Below, in pieces: positions 26,182-34,778 of a stretch of 64,000 nt of DNA. The position numbers and the translations under genes were made by a program. Origin of the DNA: a virus; the IMG/VR virus record IMGVR_UViG_3300021963_000029, positions 116,815-180,814 of that record; one strand, written 5' to 3'. Position 1 is the stretch's first letter, and each line of letters begins with the position of its first letter. The notes under the pieces are model-generated. The model made no database searches and was not told where the DNA came from. It saw only the letters and a list, made by a program, of their open reading frames with translations.

Positions 26182-26747
26182 CAGTATACTGTATTAAAGA
26201 AAAATGTTTGGAACAATCTACCACTGCTCATATCAGATCCAAAGTAATCTATAGAAGCATGATACAAACTTCCTGGATATAAGATCAATCTATTATATAC
26301 ATTCCCTATTCTATCAACTATTTCCCATTTAGTCATGTCATATGCATCTTCACCATGATCTTGATGCCCTACAGATCTCCTTTCACCAGATGCTTTATGT
26401 TTGTATAGTGCAGTACCACCACTTAGGGGAGCATCTGGAGTTAGATAACAAACCCCAGCCCACATATTATTATAATCAGAGTGGATCCAAGTCCTATCCA
26501 TTGATGTGCATAACTGAAATGCTCCAGTGTATCCATCTCCCTGTTCATTGAGTAACCAATCAGTTACTCCTCCTGCTGCATGAGATACTAAAGCATTAAT
26601 AACTTCCTTAAGACTATCATTAAGAAATGATTTTGTCCTAAGTCCAGGATAATTTCCTCTAACAGAAAACTCTTGGGATAAAGCAAATGCCCTTACATCA
26701 TCTGGATTATTATAAAAATCATCAGCAATAATAAGATTAACCTTCAT
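26181..26747 (-). CDS. 2OG-Fe(II) oxygenase (DUF6445-like), paralog of 23767-24348
   Basis: WIHSD..WAGVCYLTP..GT..YNRLILY..HAS..RLFQTFFF. Confidence 0.8.
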   Translation of the reverse strand: MKVNLIIADDFYNNPDDVRAFALSQEFSVRGNYPGLRTKSFLNDSLKEVINALVSHAAGGVTDWLLNEQGDGYTGAFQLCTSMDRTWIHSDYNNMWAGVCYLTPDAPLSGGTALYKHKASGERRSVGHQDHGEDAYDMTKWEIVDRIGNVYNRLILYPGSLYHASIDYFGSDMSSGRLFQTFFFNTVY

Positions 26748-27495
26748 TCCAATATGCTCCTGTTCTAGAACAATATTTTACATTAGGATCTATAGTTTTA
26801 AATCCTTCCCATCCAGGTTCTCCTTCTGCAACTCTCTTGCCATGAAAGTAATCACCAATATGATTGACCATCATGCCTCCTTCACTGGTCTTCAAAAGAC
26901 CAGCACCTAAACCATACTTTCCTGCAAGATACTGAGCAATAACAGACTCTGAAGGATTGTATCCTGTCTCTTCTAAGATAGGTTCTTTAGCAATCCATGC
27001 TGGATACAATGACATCAACATCCAAAAATATGGAGTTGCTTTTTCATATCTATAATTCTTAAAGATTACATCATCTTCTTTTGCACCAATATCTTCTGTC
27101 TCAAAAGTATACCAATTGTTTCTCTTCAATTGTATTTGAGAAAGAGTATTATCCTGTTGGAGAAGTTCAATCATATCCATTATTTTTAATGGATACATTA
27201 CTTCAACATCATCTTCATGATGAAAGATATAATCATAGTCTCTTTGTTTAACCAAATCAAAAAGTTCTTGCCAGGTTTTTGTAATACCTTGATTTTGTTC
27301 ATGGAAAATAACTTCATTGTATCCATGAGATATTACAAATTCTGCCAGAGATTCATTGTCTCTACCAATAGGATAATCATCAATAAAAAGATGATGTACA
27401 TCCAATCCACTAAAGTCTAACTTTTTGTTTGCATCAAATGTTTTCTTAAGGAACTCTACCCTATTGGTAGAGAAAACTACATGAAGTAATTTCAT
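26737..27495 (-). CDS. GT-A fold glycosyltransferase
   Basis: IDD..YDYIFHHEDD. Confidence 0.65.
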   Translation of the reverse strand: MKLLHVVFSTNRVEFLKKTFDANKKLDFSGLDVHHLFIDDYPIGRDNESLAEFVISHGYNEVIFHEQNQGITKTWQELFDLVKQRDYDYIFHHEDDVEVMYPLKIMDMIELLQQDNTLSQIQLKRNNWYTFETEDIGAKEDDVIFKNYRYEKATPYFWMLMSLYPAWIAKEPILEETGYNPSESVIAQYLAGKYGLGAGLLKTSEGGMMVNHIGDYFHGKRVAEGEPGWEGFKTIDPNVKYCSRTGAYWNEG

Positions 27496-27665
27496 TGGGA
27501 TTCCATACTATCTGTATTATGTATCTTGATATTATTGTGCTTCCTCGCACAAATACCACGTGCATATGCACGTGTCATGCTGTTCAAATTAGAGCATGGT
27601 TGTTGAGATTCTCCACAGTAAGGACAAACTGATTCCTTTGGATCATCATACTTAAACTTGGTCAT
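27492..27665 (-). CDS. Small Cys-containing hypothetical protein (57 aa)
   Basis: MTKFKYDDPKESVCPYCGESQQPC..GICARKH; ATGA-coupled at both ends. Confidence 0.6.
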   Translation of the reverse strand: MTKFKYDDPKESVCPYCGESQQPCSNLNSMTRAYARGICARKHNNIKIHNTDSMESQ

Positions 27666-27991
27666 ACTACAACAGGTTGTCCTTCACCTTCTGGAAGACT
27701 AATTTGTGGAAGTTTATTTCCTCTACCCCTTAAATTCCAAGGATCAACACCCTCTGGAATTGGATCATCCCACTTACCACCCAAATCAACAATCTCATTT
27801 GTTGGTAATGCTTTAGGAACTTCAACATCAATCACTGGACTCATGAGTGTTTTGTTTTTTACAACTTCACGATTTGGCGTGTCCAGTCTCATCACCATTT
27901 TTGCATCTTCAAAACTACCACAATCACAAATTTTTTTATGAGTTCTTCTTTCTCTTACTGTGAAATAATCTTCACTGTTGTACTTGTTCAT
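27662..27991 (-). CDS. Hypothetical protein
   Basis: 109-aa ORF after promoter at 28011-28039. Confidence 0.7.
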   Translation of the reverse strand: MNKYNSEDYFTVRERRTHKKICDCGSFEDAKMVMRLDTPNREVVKNKTLMSPVIDVEVPKALPTNEIVDLGGKWDDPIPEGVDPWNLRGRGNKLPQISLPEGEGQPVVV

Positions 27992-28100
27992 CTTCCTGTT
28001 CTTTTTCTTTATTATAGAGTGGTTGTGGTTTCCTGTAAAGGTTAGGCCAGGTATCCCTGATAATTTCTGCTAGTTTGTAAGGTGTTTCTGAAGTAATCAT
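27972..28100 (-). CDS. Small hypothetical ORF downstream of psbD (42 aa)
   Basis: MITSETPYKLAEIIRDTWPNLYRKP..; contains the next promoter. Confidence 0.45.
   Translation of the reverse strand: MITSETPYKLAEIIRDTWPNLYRKPQPLYNKEKEQEDEQVQQ
28011..28039 (-). promoter_or_regulatory. Sigma70-type promoter
   Basis: TTTACA-17nt-TATAAT. Confidence 0.7.
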
Positions 28101-28107
28101 ATCGACT

Positions 28108-28130
28108 AAAAAGGGGGTGAACCCACCCCC
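28108..28130 (-). terminator. Intrinsic terminator after psbD
   Basis: GGGGGTG-GGTT-CACCCCC-TTTT. Confidence 0.8.
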
Positions 28131-28142
28131 ATCTTGAGTAGT

Positions 28143-29204
28143 TTACAGAGCATTGCCTCTTGGCAACACTTCCTCTGGGAACACAAAGTTCTCATGAGGT
28201 TGATCTACAGGTGCCATCCAAGCACGTAGACCTTCATTAAGCAAAATGTTCTTAGTATAGAAGGTTTCAAACTCTGGATCCTCTGCTGCTCTAATCTCCT
28301 GACTCACAAAATCATAAGCACGAAGATTAAGGGCAAGACCAATGATACCAATACTGGAAGTCCAAAGACCCATGACAGGTACAAAGAGCATAAAGAAATG
28401 AAGCCAACGCTTGTTACTAAAAGCAATCCCAAAGATCTGCGACCAGAATCTGTTTGCAGTGACCATAGAATAAGTTTCTTCTTCCTGCGTAGGCTCAAAA
28501 GCCTTAAAAGTGTTTGCTTGTTCACTATCTTCAAATAGAGTGTTTTCTACAGTAGCTCCATGAATTGCACAGAGCAGTGCTCCACCCAGTATACCAGCAA
28601 CTCCCATCATATGGAAGGGGTTGAGGGTCCAGTTGTGGAAACCCTGAAGGAACAGAAGGAACCTGAAGATCGCAGCAACACCAAAAGAAGGTGCAAAGAA
28701 CCAACTAGACTGTCCCAGTGGATACATCAGAAATACTGAGACAAACACTGCAATAGGACCAGAGAAAGCAATAGCATTATAAGGTCTAATACCTACAAGT
28801 CTTGCAATTTCAAATTGCCTAAGCATGAATCCAATCAAACTAAAGGCCCCATGGAGTGCCACAAAAGGCCAGAGTCCCCCAAGTTGGAACCACCTGACGA
28901 TATCCCCTTGAGCCTCAGGACCCCAGAGCAGAAGAAGAGAATGACCCATAGAATCTGCTGGAGTAGAAACTGCTGCAGTAAGAAAGTTTGCACCCTCAAG
29001 ATAGCTGGACGCAAGACCATGAGTGTACCAACTCGTAACGAAAGTTGTCCCAGTAAGCCAACCACCAAGAGCAAGGTAAGCAGTGGGAAAAAGAAGAAGT
29101 CCAGACCAGCCAACAAAAACGAAACGATCTCTTTTAAGCCAGTCATCAAGTACATCAAACCATCCTCTCTGTGAAATTGGTTGTGAAAGTGTAGATGAAA
29201 CCAT
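28143..29204 (-). CDS. psbD: Photosystem II D2 protein
   Basis: [35 protein letters not shown], uninterrupted 353 aa. Confidence 0.99.
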   Translation of the reverse strand: MVSSTLSQPISQRGWFDVLDDWLKRDRFVFVGWSGLLLFPTAYLALGGWLTGTTFVTSWYTHGLASSYLEGANFLTAAVSTPADSMGHSLLLLWGPEAQGDIVRWFQLGGLWPFVALHGAFSLIGFMLRQFEIARLVGIRPYNAIAFSGPIAVFVSVFLMYPLGQSSWFFAPSFGVAAIFRFLLFLQGFHNWTLNPFHMMGVAGILGGALLCAIHGATVENTLFEDSEQANTFKAFEPTQEEETYSMVTANRFWSQIFGIAFSNKRWLHFFMLFVPVMGLWTSSIGIIGLALNLRAYDFVSQEIRAAEDPEFETFYTKNILLNEGLRAWMAPVDQPHENFVFPEEVLPRGNAL

Positions 29205-29220
29205 TAATACCTCCGAAATA

Positions 29221-29240
29221 AAAAGGGGTCCTAAGACCCC
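29221..29240 (-). terminator. Intrinsic terminator after psbA
   Basis: GGGGTC-TTAG-GACCCC-TTTT. Confidence 0.8.
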
Positions 29241-29263
29241 AATTTGTAGTTTTGTTTATTGTA

Positions 29264-30343
29264 TCAACCAATTGCAGGTGCAGTGAGAGCAACAGGAGTT
29301 GCTTCAGAAGCAGCAAGGTCAAGAGGGAAGTTGTGAGCATTTCTTTCATGCATTACTTCCATACCCAGACCAGCACGATTGAGGACATCTGCCCAAGTGT
29401 TAATCACTTTACCTTGAGAATCAACAATAGACTGGTTGAAGTTGAAACCATTGAGGTTGAATGCCATGGTGCTAACACCAAGAGCAGTGAACCAAATGCC
29501 AACTACAGGCCATGCAGCAAGGAAGAAGTGAAGTGAACGAGAGTTGTTGAATGATGCATACTGGAAGATCAGACGACCAAAGTATCCATGAGCAGCAACA
29601 ATGTTATAGGTCTCTTCTTCTTGACCAAACTTGTAACCATAGTTCTGTGACTCATTCTCAGTGGTTTCACGAACCAGTGAAGAGGTTACCAGAGAACCAT
29701 GCATAGCAGAGAACAGAGAACCACCAAACACACCAGCAACTCCAAGCATATGGAAGGGGTGCATCAGGATGTTATGTTCTGCCTGGAACACAAGCATGTA
29801 GTTGAAAGTACCAGAAATACCCAGAGGCATTGCATCAGAGAAAGAACCCTGACCAAAAGGATACACCAGGAACACTGCAGAAGCAGCAGCAACAGGTGCA
29901 GAGTAAGCAACACAGATCCAAGGACGCATACCAAGTCTGTAAGAAAGTTCCCACTCACGACCCATGTAAGCATAGATACCAATCAGGAAGTGGAACACAA
30001 CCAGTTGGAAAGGTCCACCATTGTAGAGCCACTCATCAAGAGAAGCAGCTTCCCAAATGGGGTAAAAGTGCAGTCCAATAGCATTGGAGGAAGGAATTAC
30101 AGCACCAGAAATAATGTTGTTTCCATACATGAGAGAACCAGCAACTGGTTCACGAATACCATCAATGTCTACAGGAGGTGCAGCAATAAAAGCAACAATA
30201 AAGCAAATTGTTGCAGCAAGCAGACAGGGGATCATCAGAACCCCAAACCAACCTACATATAGGCGATTGTCTGTTGAAGTAACCCAGTTACAGAATTGAT
30301 CCCAGGTGTTAGTAGATTGTCTTTGAGCAATTGTAGCAGTCAT
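29264..30343 (-). CDS. psbA: Photosystem II D1 protein (Gln130 form)
   Basis: [31 protein letters not shown], uninterrupted 359 aa. Confidence 0.99.
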   Translation of the reverse strand: MTATIAQRQSTNTWDQFCNWVTSTDNRLYVGWFGVLMIPCLLAATICFIVAFIAAPPVDIDGIREPVAGSLMYGNNIISGAVIPSSNAIGLHFYPIWEAASLDEWLYNGGPFQLVVFHFLIGIYAYMGREWELSYRLGMRPWICVAYSAPVAAASAVFLVYPFGQGSFSDAMPLGISGTFNYMLVFQAEHNILMHPFHMLGVAGVFGGSLFSAMHGSLVTSSLVRETTENESQNYGYKFGQEEETYNIVAAHGYFGRLIFQYASFNNSRSLHFFLAAWPVVGIWFTALGVSTMAFNLNGFNFNQSIVDSQGKVINTWADVLNRAGLGMEVMHERNAHNFPLDLAASEATPVALTAPAIG

Positions 30344-30345
30344 TT

Positions 30346-30462
30346 TTATTAAAAGAAAGTAAAACCATCAGGGAAATGGTGGAGTTACTATTCCCCAGTC
30401 ACCCTCAGACTGGGTATGAGAGACTGTGTTTTACCTCCCCATAGGTCTCGGTTAGGAAGAGG
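30346..30462 (-). ncRNA. PhotoRC-II-like structured psbA leader RNA
   Basis: CCGAGAC..GTCTCTCATA, CCCAGTC-TGAGGGT-GACTGGG and CCACCATTTCCCTGATGG elements; position 5' of psbA. Confidence 0.7.
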
Positions 30463-30503
30463 GCAACTGTTAAGAACTTGTTACATTCCTTAACTTGTTG
30501 ATA

Positions 30504-30537
30504 TATTTATCATACCAGACCTCTTCAAACATGTCAA
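30504..30537 (-). promoter_or_regulatory. Composite psbA promoter (sigma70 + late)
   Basis: TTGACA-17nt-TATGAT with overlapping ATAAATA. Confidence 0.75.
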
Positions 30538-30540
30538 GGC

Positions 30541-30548
30541 AATAAATA
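30541..30548 (+). promoter_or_regulatory. T4-type late promoter (divergent from psbA)
   Basis: AATAAATA. Confidence 0.6.
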
Positions 30549-30571
30549 CAGGAGTAGCATAAGGATGTCTG

Positions 30572-30688
30572 ATGGCTAAGTCAGCTAACAAAGGTAAGAA
30601 GGGTAGTGCAGGTTCTGCAAACAATAAGAAGCAGAACTCAGGGAATGCTACTGCTAAGAAAGCAAAGAATGGCGGCAAGAAAAAATGA
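30572..30688 (+). CDS. Lys/Ala/Gly/Asn-rich basic peptide (38 aa)
   Basis: MAKSANKGKKGSAGSANNKKQNSGNATAKKAKNGGKKK; after late promoter, SD AAGGA. Confidence 0.7.
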   Translation: MAKSANKGKKGSAGSANNKKQNSGNATAKKAKNGGKKK

Positions 30689-30864
30689 TTGAATTGGTTG
30701 CCTTCATGATTGTTGGTTATGTTGAGACTAGTCCTGGGCAATGTCAAATTGATTATTGGAGATATAATGACATTCATTCACTTACTGTCCCATGCCACGA
30801 GAATGGAACACTCCAAAGAGGGAGTGTTGGAATGCTCCCATCCATCAAATACTTAAAGCCATAG
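30685..30864 (+). CDS. Small hypothetical protein (59 aa)
   Basis: MIELVAFMIVGYVETSPGQCQIDY..PC..; ATGA-coupled; overlaps next ORF by 73 nt. Confidence 0.5.
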   Translation: MIELVAFMIVGYVETSPGQCQIDYWRYNDIHSLTVPCHENGTLQRGSVGMLPSIKYLKP

Positions 30865-30983
30865 ACAACCACACAAGATTGTGGATGGAGACTGGTGATT
30901 ACTGGCATGAAGAACAAGCACAGATATTAAGAAAATATGTAAAAGATCTAAAAGTTTGGATCCATAGGCAAGAAGGAAAATAA
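30792..30983 (+). CDS. Conserved cyanophage hypothetical protein
   Basis: MPREWNTP..WNAPIHQILKAIDNH.. Confidence 0.65.
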   Translation: MPREWNTPKRECWNAPIHQILKAIDNHTRLWMETGDYWHEEQAQILRKYVKDLKVWIHRQEGK

Positions 30984-31016
30984 GATAAATAGTTGGCAAG
31001 AACTATACATAAGAAA

Positions 31017-31463
31017 ATGAAAAGACTTCTACTAGCCTTTTCGTTATTCTTTATCACCCCTGTAAGTGCTGCTGAAATTACATCAAGAATAACTGACTCT
31101 GTACAACTTAAGGTTGATGCTGCTGCTTCACAAGCATTAAGAGTAGGTGGACAATACTCAGTTTCTGGCACTAATATTCAATCCTCTACATTTGGTGGTG
31201 TAGGTGGTGCTGGCACATATTCAGTTAACACTGCTGGTCAAGCATTTACTTTCTCTGAAAGTTTAATTGAAGCAGATACTACACCTGCATCAGTGTCTAC
31301 TGGAGCAATTGCCCCCTATGGAAATATTACCTCTACTGCTGCTGGTTCTGCTGGAAGCCTTGCTGGTACTCTGTCTGGGACAGGGGTTCCTACAGTAACT
31401 GCTGGTGGTGCTGGTACAACAGCAACAGGTCAAAGATCTATTGAATTAAGCGTATTTAAATGA
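31017..31463 (+). CDS. Exported beta-rich protein with signal peptide
   Basis: MKRLLLAFSLFFITPVSA-AEIT signal; late motif ATAAATA at 30985. Confidence 0.75.
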   Translation: MKRLLLAFSLFFITPVSAAEITSRITDSVQLKVDAAASQALRVGGQYSVSGTNIQSSTFGGVGGAGTYSVNTAGQAFTFSESLIEADTTPASVSTGAIAPYGNITSTAAGSAGSLAGTLSGTGVPTVTAGGAGTTATGQRSIELSVFK

Positions 31464-31825
31464 GACTTATAACTCCTGCTCTGCTTACAGCAGCAGGAGT
31501 CATTTGTACTCCTGTTTATGCTGAGAGTGTTGTACCAAACTTCACCAGAGGAACCATCACTGCAACCACAGAAACAACAACAAAAGTTATAGAATCCATT
31601 CGTCAAGTTGAATATACAACTGGCACATCATACACTGTAACTGGCACCAACATTAACATTCCTAGTAATCCACAACCAGGAGCGAACTACACCATCATGA
31701 ACCAAGGTGCTCCATTCCAGTTCAGTGAAACCTATCTAGGACCTGGAGTGGCAAAAGAAACATGGATAGATCGCACCACAGAAAGTCAATCAGTTACAAA
31801 CTCTGTATCTGTCTTTACTCAATGA
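31460..31825 (+). CDS. Exported beta-rich protein with signal peptide (paralog of previous)
   Basis: MRLITPALLTAAGVICTPVYA-ES; shared Y[ST]V[ST]GTNI and F[TQ]FSE motifs. Confidence 0.75.
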   Translation: MRLITPALLTAAGVICTPVYAESVVPNFTRGTITATTETTTKVIESIRQVEYTTGTSYTVTGTNINIPSNPQPGANYTIMNQGAPFQFSETYLGPGVAKETWIDRTTESQSVTNSVSVFTQ

Positions 31826-32307
31826 TGCTTCCTGCTTTTGCACAGCAAGCACCATCCAATACAAACATAGCAGGACCCTCTGCATCTGCCACTGGTAATG
31901 TAACCAACCAGGCAGTTCAAGTGCTACAGGGTCCTTTTGCTTTGAATACTTATGGTGGTGGTGTTAGTTGCCAAGGTCCTACCATGAGCTTTGCTCCATT
32001 TATATTAGGAACTGGTAATGGAAATGATGATCCAGCAACTTACAAATCCTACAGTGGCAACGCTGGGTTAAGTTTTGGTTTCAACTTTCCTCTTGATGGA
32101 TCACTACAAGAAATATGTAAGACAAGGGCAAAAGTTGAAATTGCCAGACAACAAGCTGAAGCAGATAAAGCAAGACTTGATTTTGAATTAGTTAGATTAT
32201 TGAAGTGTGGTGAGGCAATGAAGAATGGAATATCATTTCATCCTCAATCACCTTATCATAAAATCTGTGCGGATGTAGTTGTCAAATACCCACAAGCATC
32301 TAAATAA
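31762..32307 (+). CDS. Putative exported protein with conserved Cys and coiled coil
   Basis: ..MLPAFA-QQ signal-like; NQAVQVLQGP..GVSCQGP..RLDFELVRLLKC. Confidence 0.7.
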   Translation: MDRSHHRKSISYKLCICLYSMMLPAFAQQAPSNTNIAGPSASATGNVTNQAVQVLQGPFALNTYGGGVSCQGPTMSFAPFILGTGNGNDDPATYKSYSGNAGLSFGFNFPLDGSLQEICKTRAKVEIARQQAEADKARLDFELVRLLKCGEAMKNGISFHPQSPYHKICADVVVKYPQASK

Positions 32308-32315
32308 AATTAAAA

Positions 32316-32486
32316 ATGTTTATAGCAAAAAGAATTGCTTTCATGAATGAAGTTTTGTACTTTGAAGAAGATACAAAATGGACTCCAGATAGATCAAAAG
32401 CAAAACAATTTAATACTAAAAAAGAAGCAATTAAAGAATCTGATAGAGCAGGTCTTTATGAAATTGTATTAGAGGAAGTAAAATGA
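32316..32486 (+). CDS. Small hypothetical protein (56 aa)
   Basis: MFIAKRIAFMNEVLYFEEDTKWTPDRSKAKQF..; CTAAATA at 32300; ATGA-coupled. Confidence 0.55.
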   Translation: MFIAKRIAFMNEVLYFEEDTKWTPDRSKAKQFNTKKEAIKESDRAGLYEIVLEEVK

Positions 32487-32725
32487 AACAAGTAGCATTA
32501 GCATTATCAATTGTTAGTTTAAGTATCAGTGGGGCACTTTGTTATGGTGCTTATGTAACCTACCAGAAAGCACAAAAAATTCTTGACAATCCAGAGGAAT
32601 TTGTTGGTGCTGTAGTGGAGAAACAAGTCAACAAAGCATTTCAAAATCTACCTATTCCAGGATTAAAAGGGGGAACTTTAGAACTAGGATCTCTAAATAA
32701 AGAGAAGTTTAAATTACCATTCTAA
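32483..32725 (+). CDS. Membrane-anchored hypothetical protein
   Basis: N-terminal TM helix. Confidence 0.7.
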   Translation: MKQVALALSIVSLSISGALCYGAYVTYQKAQKILDNPEEFVGAVVEKQVNKAFQNLPIPGLKGGTLELGSLNKEKFKLPF

Positions 32726-33153
32726 TGGCTGACAAAGATCCTTACATCTATAGAATAAGATCAGTCCACAAAGTAGTAGATGGAGACACTATTGACGCTG
32801 ATATTGATCTTGGTTTTGATATCTCCCTTACTAAGCGAATTCGTCTTGCTGGTATCGATACCCCAGAGAGCAGAACAACTGATGCAAATGAAAAGAAACT
32901 TGGTCTTGAAGTTAAGGAATGGCTCAAAGAAAGATTAAACTTTGCCAAAGATATTATTATCAAGACAGAGTTACCTGATAGTACAGAAAAGTATGGGCGT
33001 ATCATTGGACATCTGTATATTAATGGAGAAGAAGTATCAATCAATAATCAAATGATTGCTGAGGGATATGCTTGGGAATATGATGGAGGCACAAAGAAAA
33101 AAGATTTTAATTTACTCTTAGAAAAAAGAAAGGCTTACAAACAATCTCTCTAA
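32725..33153 (+). CDS. Thermonuclease (SNase-like)
   Basis: VVDGDTID..RIRLAGIDTPE..KYGRIIG..N..MIAEGYA. Confidence 0.92.
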   Translation: MADKDPYIYRIRSVHKVVDGDTIDADIDLGFDISLTKRIRLAGIDTPESRTTDANEKKLGLEVKEWLKERLNFAKDIIIKTELPDSTEKYGRIIGHLYINGEEVSINNQMIAEGYAWEYDGGTKKKDFNLLLEKRKAYKQSL

Positions 33154-33180
33154 ATAATATTATTAAAGACTACAATATTA

Positions 33181-33519
33181 ATGACTGCTCCAGTAAAAAT
33201 AAATTTAGTTGTTAATCAAAAGTCTAGTTTTGTTGCAGGGTTCATTGTAACTGATCAAGATGATAATAAAATTGATTTAGCAGGATATAGTATTGAAGCA
33301 AAACTAAAAAAAGATTTTACTTCTCCATCCACTGTTAGCTTTGCAACAACTGCAATAGCACCAACAACAAATGGAAAGTTAGAAATTTCTTTAACACCCA
33401 ATCAAACTGCTCCTTTGAGTGGTACTTTCGTGTATGATGTAACTATTACTAATACATCAACCAATTTTAAAACTAGAATTGCTGAAGGAAATATCAGAGT
33501 AGATCCAGGTGTAACCTAA
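33181..33519 (+). CDS. Ig/BppU-like virion protein
   Basis: IDLAGYSIEAKLKK..GKLEISLT..T..YDV..RIAEGNIRV; late motif CTAAATA at 33150. Confidence 0.65.
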   Translation: MTAPVKINLVVNQKSSFVAGFIVTDQDDNKIDLAGYSIEAKLKKDFTSPSTVSFATTAIAPTTNGKLEISLTPNQTAPLSGTFVYDVTITNTSTNFKTRIAEGNIRVDPGVT

Positions 33520-34778
33520 TGCCAGACCCACAATATTTCAAAGTATCATTAATCCCAAATAAAAATTATGCTTCTGAAATAAGAGGTCAGGAGTATACAG
33601 CATCAATCACTCAAGGAGTTAGAGGACCTCAAGGGTTTCAAGGAGTTCAGGGCGCTCAAGGTCCTCCCTATGTAATTGGACCTCAAGGTTTTCAAGGAGA
33701 TTCTGGTCCTCAAGGTGTACAAGGACCACAAGGATTCCAAGGTCTTCAGGGATTCCAAGGAGAAGTTGGTAACATAGGACCACAAGGAATACAAGGTCCT
33801 CAAGGTCTTGGACCACAAGGGTTTACTGGACCACAAGGAGTTCAAGGACCACAAGGAGTTCAAGGACCTCAAGGATTTGGTCCTCAAGGTTCTCAAGGTA
33901 ACGCAGGACCTCAAGGTTCACAAGGATTTCAAGGAAATCAAGGATATGGTCCACAAGGACCACAAGGTTCAATTGGAAATATTGGACCTCAAGGTATACA
34001 AGGACCTCAAGGTGTTGGTCCCCAAGGACCTCTTGGTCCCCAAGGAGAAAGTGGACCTCAAGGAGTACAAGGTCCTCAAGGATATGGACCTCAAGGATCT
34101 ACTGGACCACAAGGTATCCAAGGTCCTCAGGGGGTACAAGGTCCTCAGGGATATGGACCTCAAGGTGAAAGAGGACCTCAAGGAATTATTGGACCTCAAG
34201 GCGCACAAGGAATAGGACCACAAGGATCTCAAGGATTCCAAGGGTTTATTGGTCTACAAGGAGCTCAAGGTTCTCCAGGAAATCCAGGATCTCAAGGAAT
34301 TCAAGGTCCTGTAGGAGAAAGAGGACCTCAAGGAGTACAAGGTCCACAAGGAGTACAAGGTCCACAAGGATTTGGACCTCAAGGTGCTCAAGGAGTACAA
34401 GGAGATCAGGGACTACTAGGACCTCAAGGTCCAGCTAATGGACCAATAGGTCCACAAGGTTCTCAAGGAATTCAAGGTGCCCCTGGAAGTCAAGGGTTAC
34501 CAGGGTTTCAAGGAAACTCAGGATTAGCAGGATCTCAAGGACCACAAGGACCAGTGGGACCTCAAGGGTTTAGTTATTTTATTCCCACAGCAACAGGAAT
34601 ACATACACTTTCTAATGTTGGCATTGGAACCACAAACGCAACATCAACATTAGTTGTAATTGGAGATGCTAAAGTTGGAATTAACACCTCACAAGGAGTA
34701 ATATTAACATCCCCAAATGGAACTCAATATAGATTGATAGTAGATAATTCTGGAAACTTATCTACTACATTAGTCTAA
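33519..34778 (+). CDS. Collagen-like fibre protein
   Basis: About 100 Gly-X-Y triplets (GPQ/GxQ) then VGIGTTNATSTLVVIGD fibre motif. Confidence 0.9.
   Translation: MPDPQYFKVSLIPNKNYASEIRGQEYTASITQGVRGPQGFQGVQGAQGPPYVIGPQGFQGDSGPQGVQGPQGFQGLQGFQGEVGNIGPQGIQGPQGLGPQGFTGPQGVQGPQGVQGPQGFGPQGSQGNAGPQGSQGFQGNQGYGPQGPQGSIGNIGPQGIQGPQGVGPQGPLGPQGESGPQGVQGPQGYGPQGSTGPQGIQGPQGVQGPQGYGPQGERGPQGIIGPQGAQGIGPQGSQGFQGFIGLQGAQGSPGNPGSQGIQGPVGERGPQGVQGPQGVQGPQGFGPQGAQGVQGDQGLLGPQGPANGPIGPQGSQGIQGAPGSQGLPGFQGNSGLAGSQGPQGPVGPQGFSYFIPTATGIHTLSNVGIGTTNATSTLVVIGDAKVGINTSQGVILTSPNGTQYRLIVDNSGNLSTTLV
33615..34568 (+). repeat. Degenerate 9-nt coding repeat (GGA CCT CAA-type)
   Basis: Gly-Pro-Gln / Gly-X-Gln codon repeats. 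Confidence 0.9.

Noticed and set aside
28815-30299. Long antisense ORFs opposite psbD/psbA (e.g. 28815-29174, 29252-29536, 29699-30262)
   Set aside because: Shadow ORFs expected from codon bias of conserved genes; no RBS, promoter or recognisable motifs
28143-30343. Introns or homing endonuclease in or between psbA and psbD
   Set aside because: Both ORFs are full length and uninterrupted; the 59-nt spacer holds only a terminator and RBS
30490-30777. 95-aa minus-strand ORF running into the psbA promoter
   Set aside because: Antisense reading of the Lys-rich peptide and neighbouring ORF; overlaps promoter elements
30899-31171. 90-aa minus-strand ORF
   Set aside because: Antisense to a well-supported late operon with its own promoter
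33603-34241. Alternative-frame and antisense ORFs over the collagen gene (33603-33914, 33619-33816, 33808-34215, 33969-34241) and a possible CRISPR-like repeat
   Set aside because: By-products of the 9-nt Gly-X-Y codon repeat; there are no constant repeats with unique spacers
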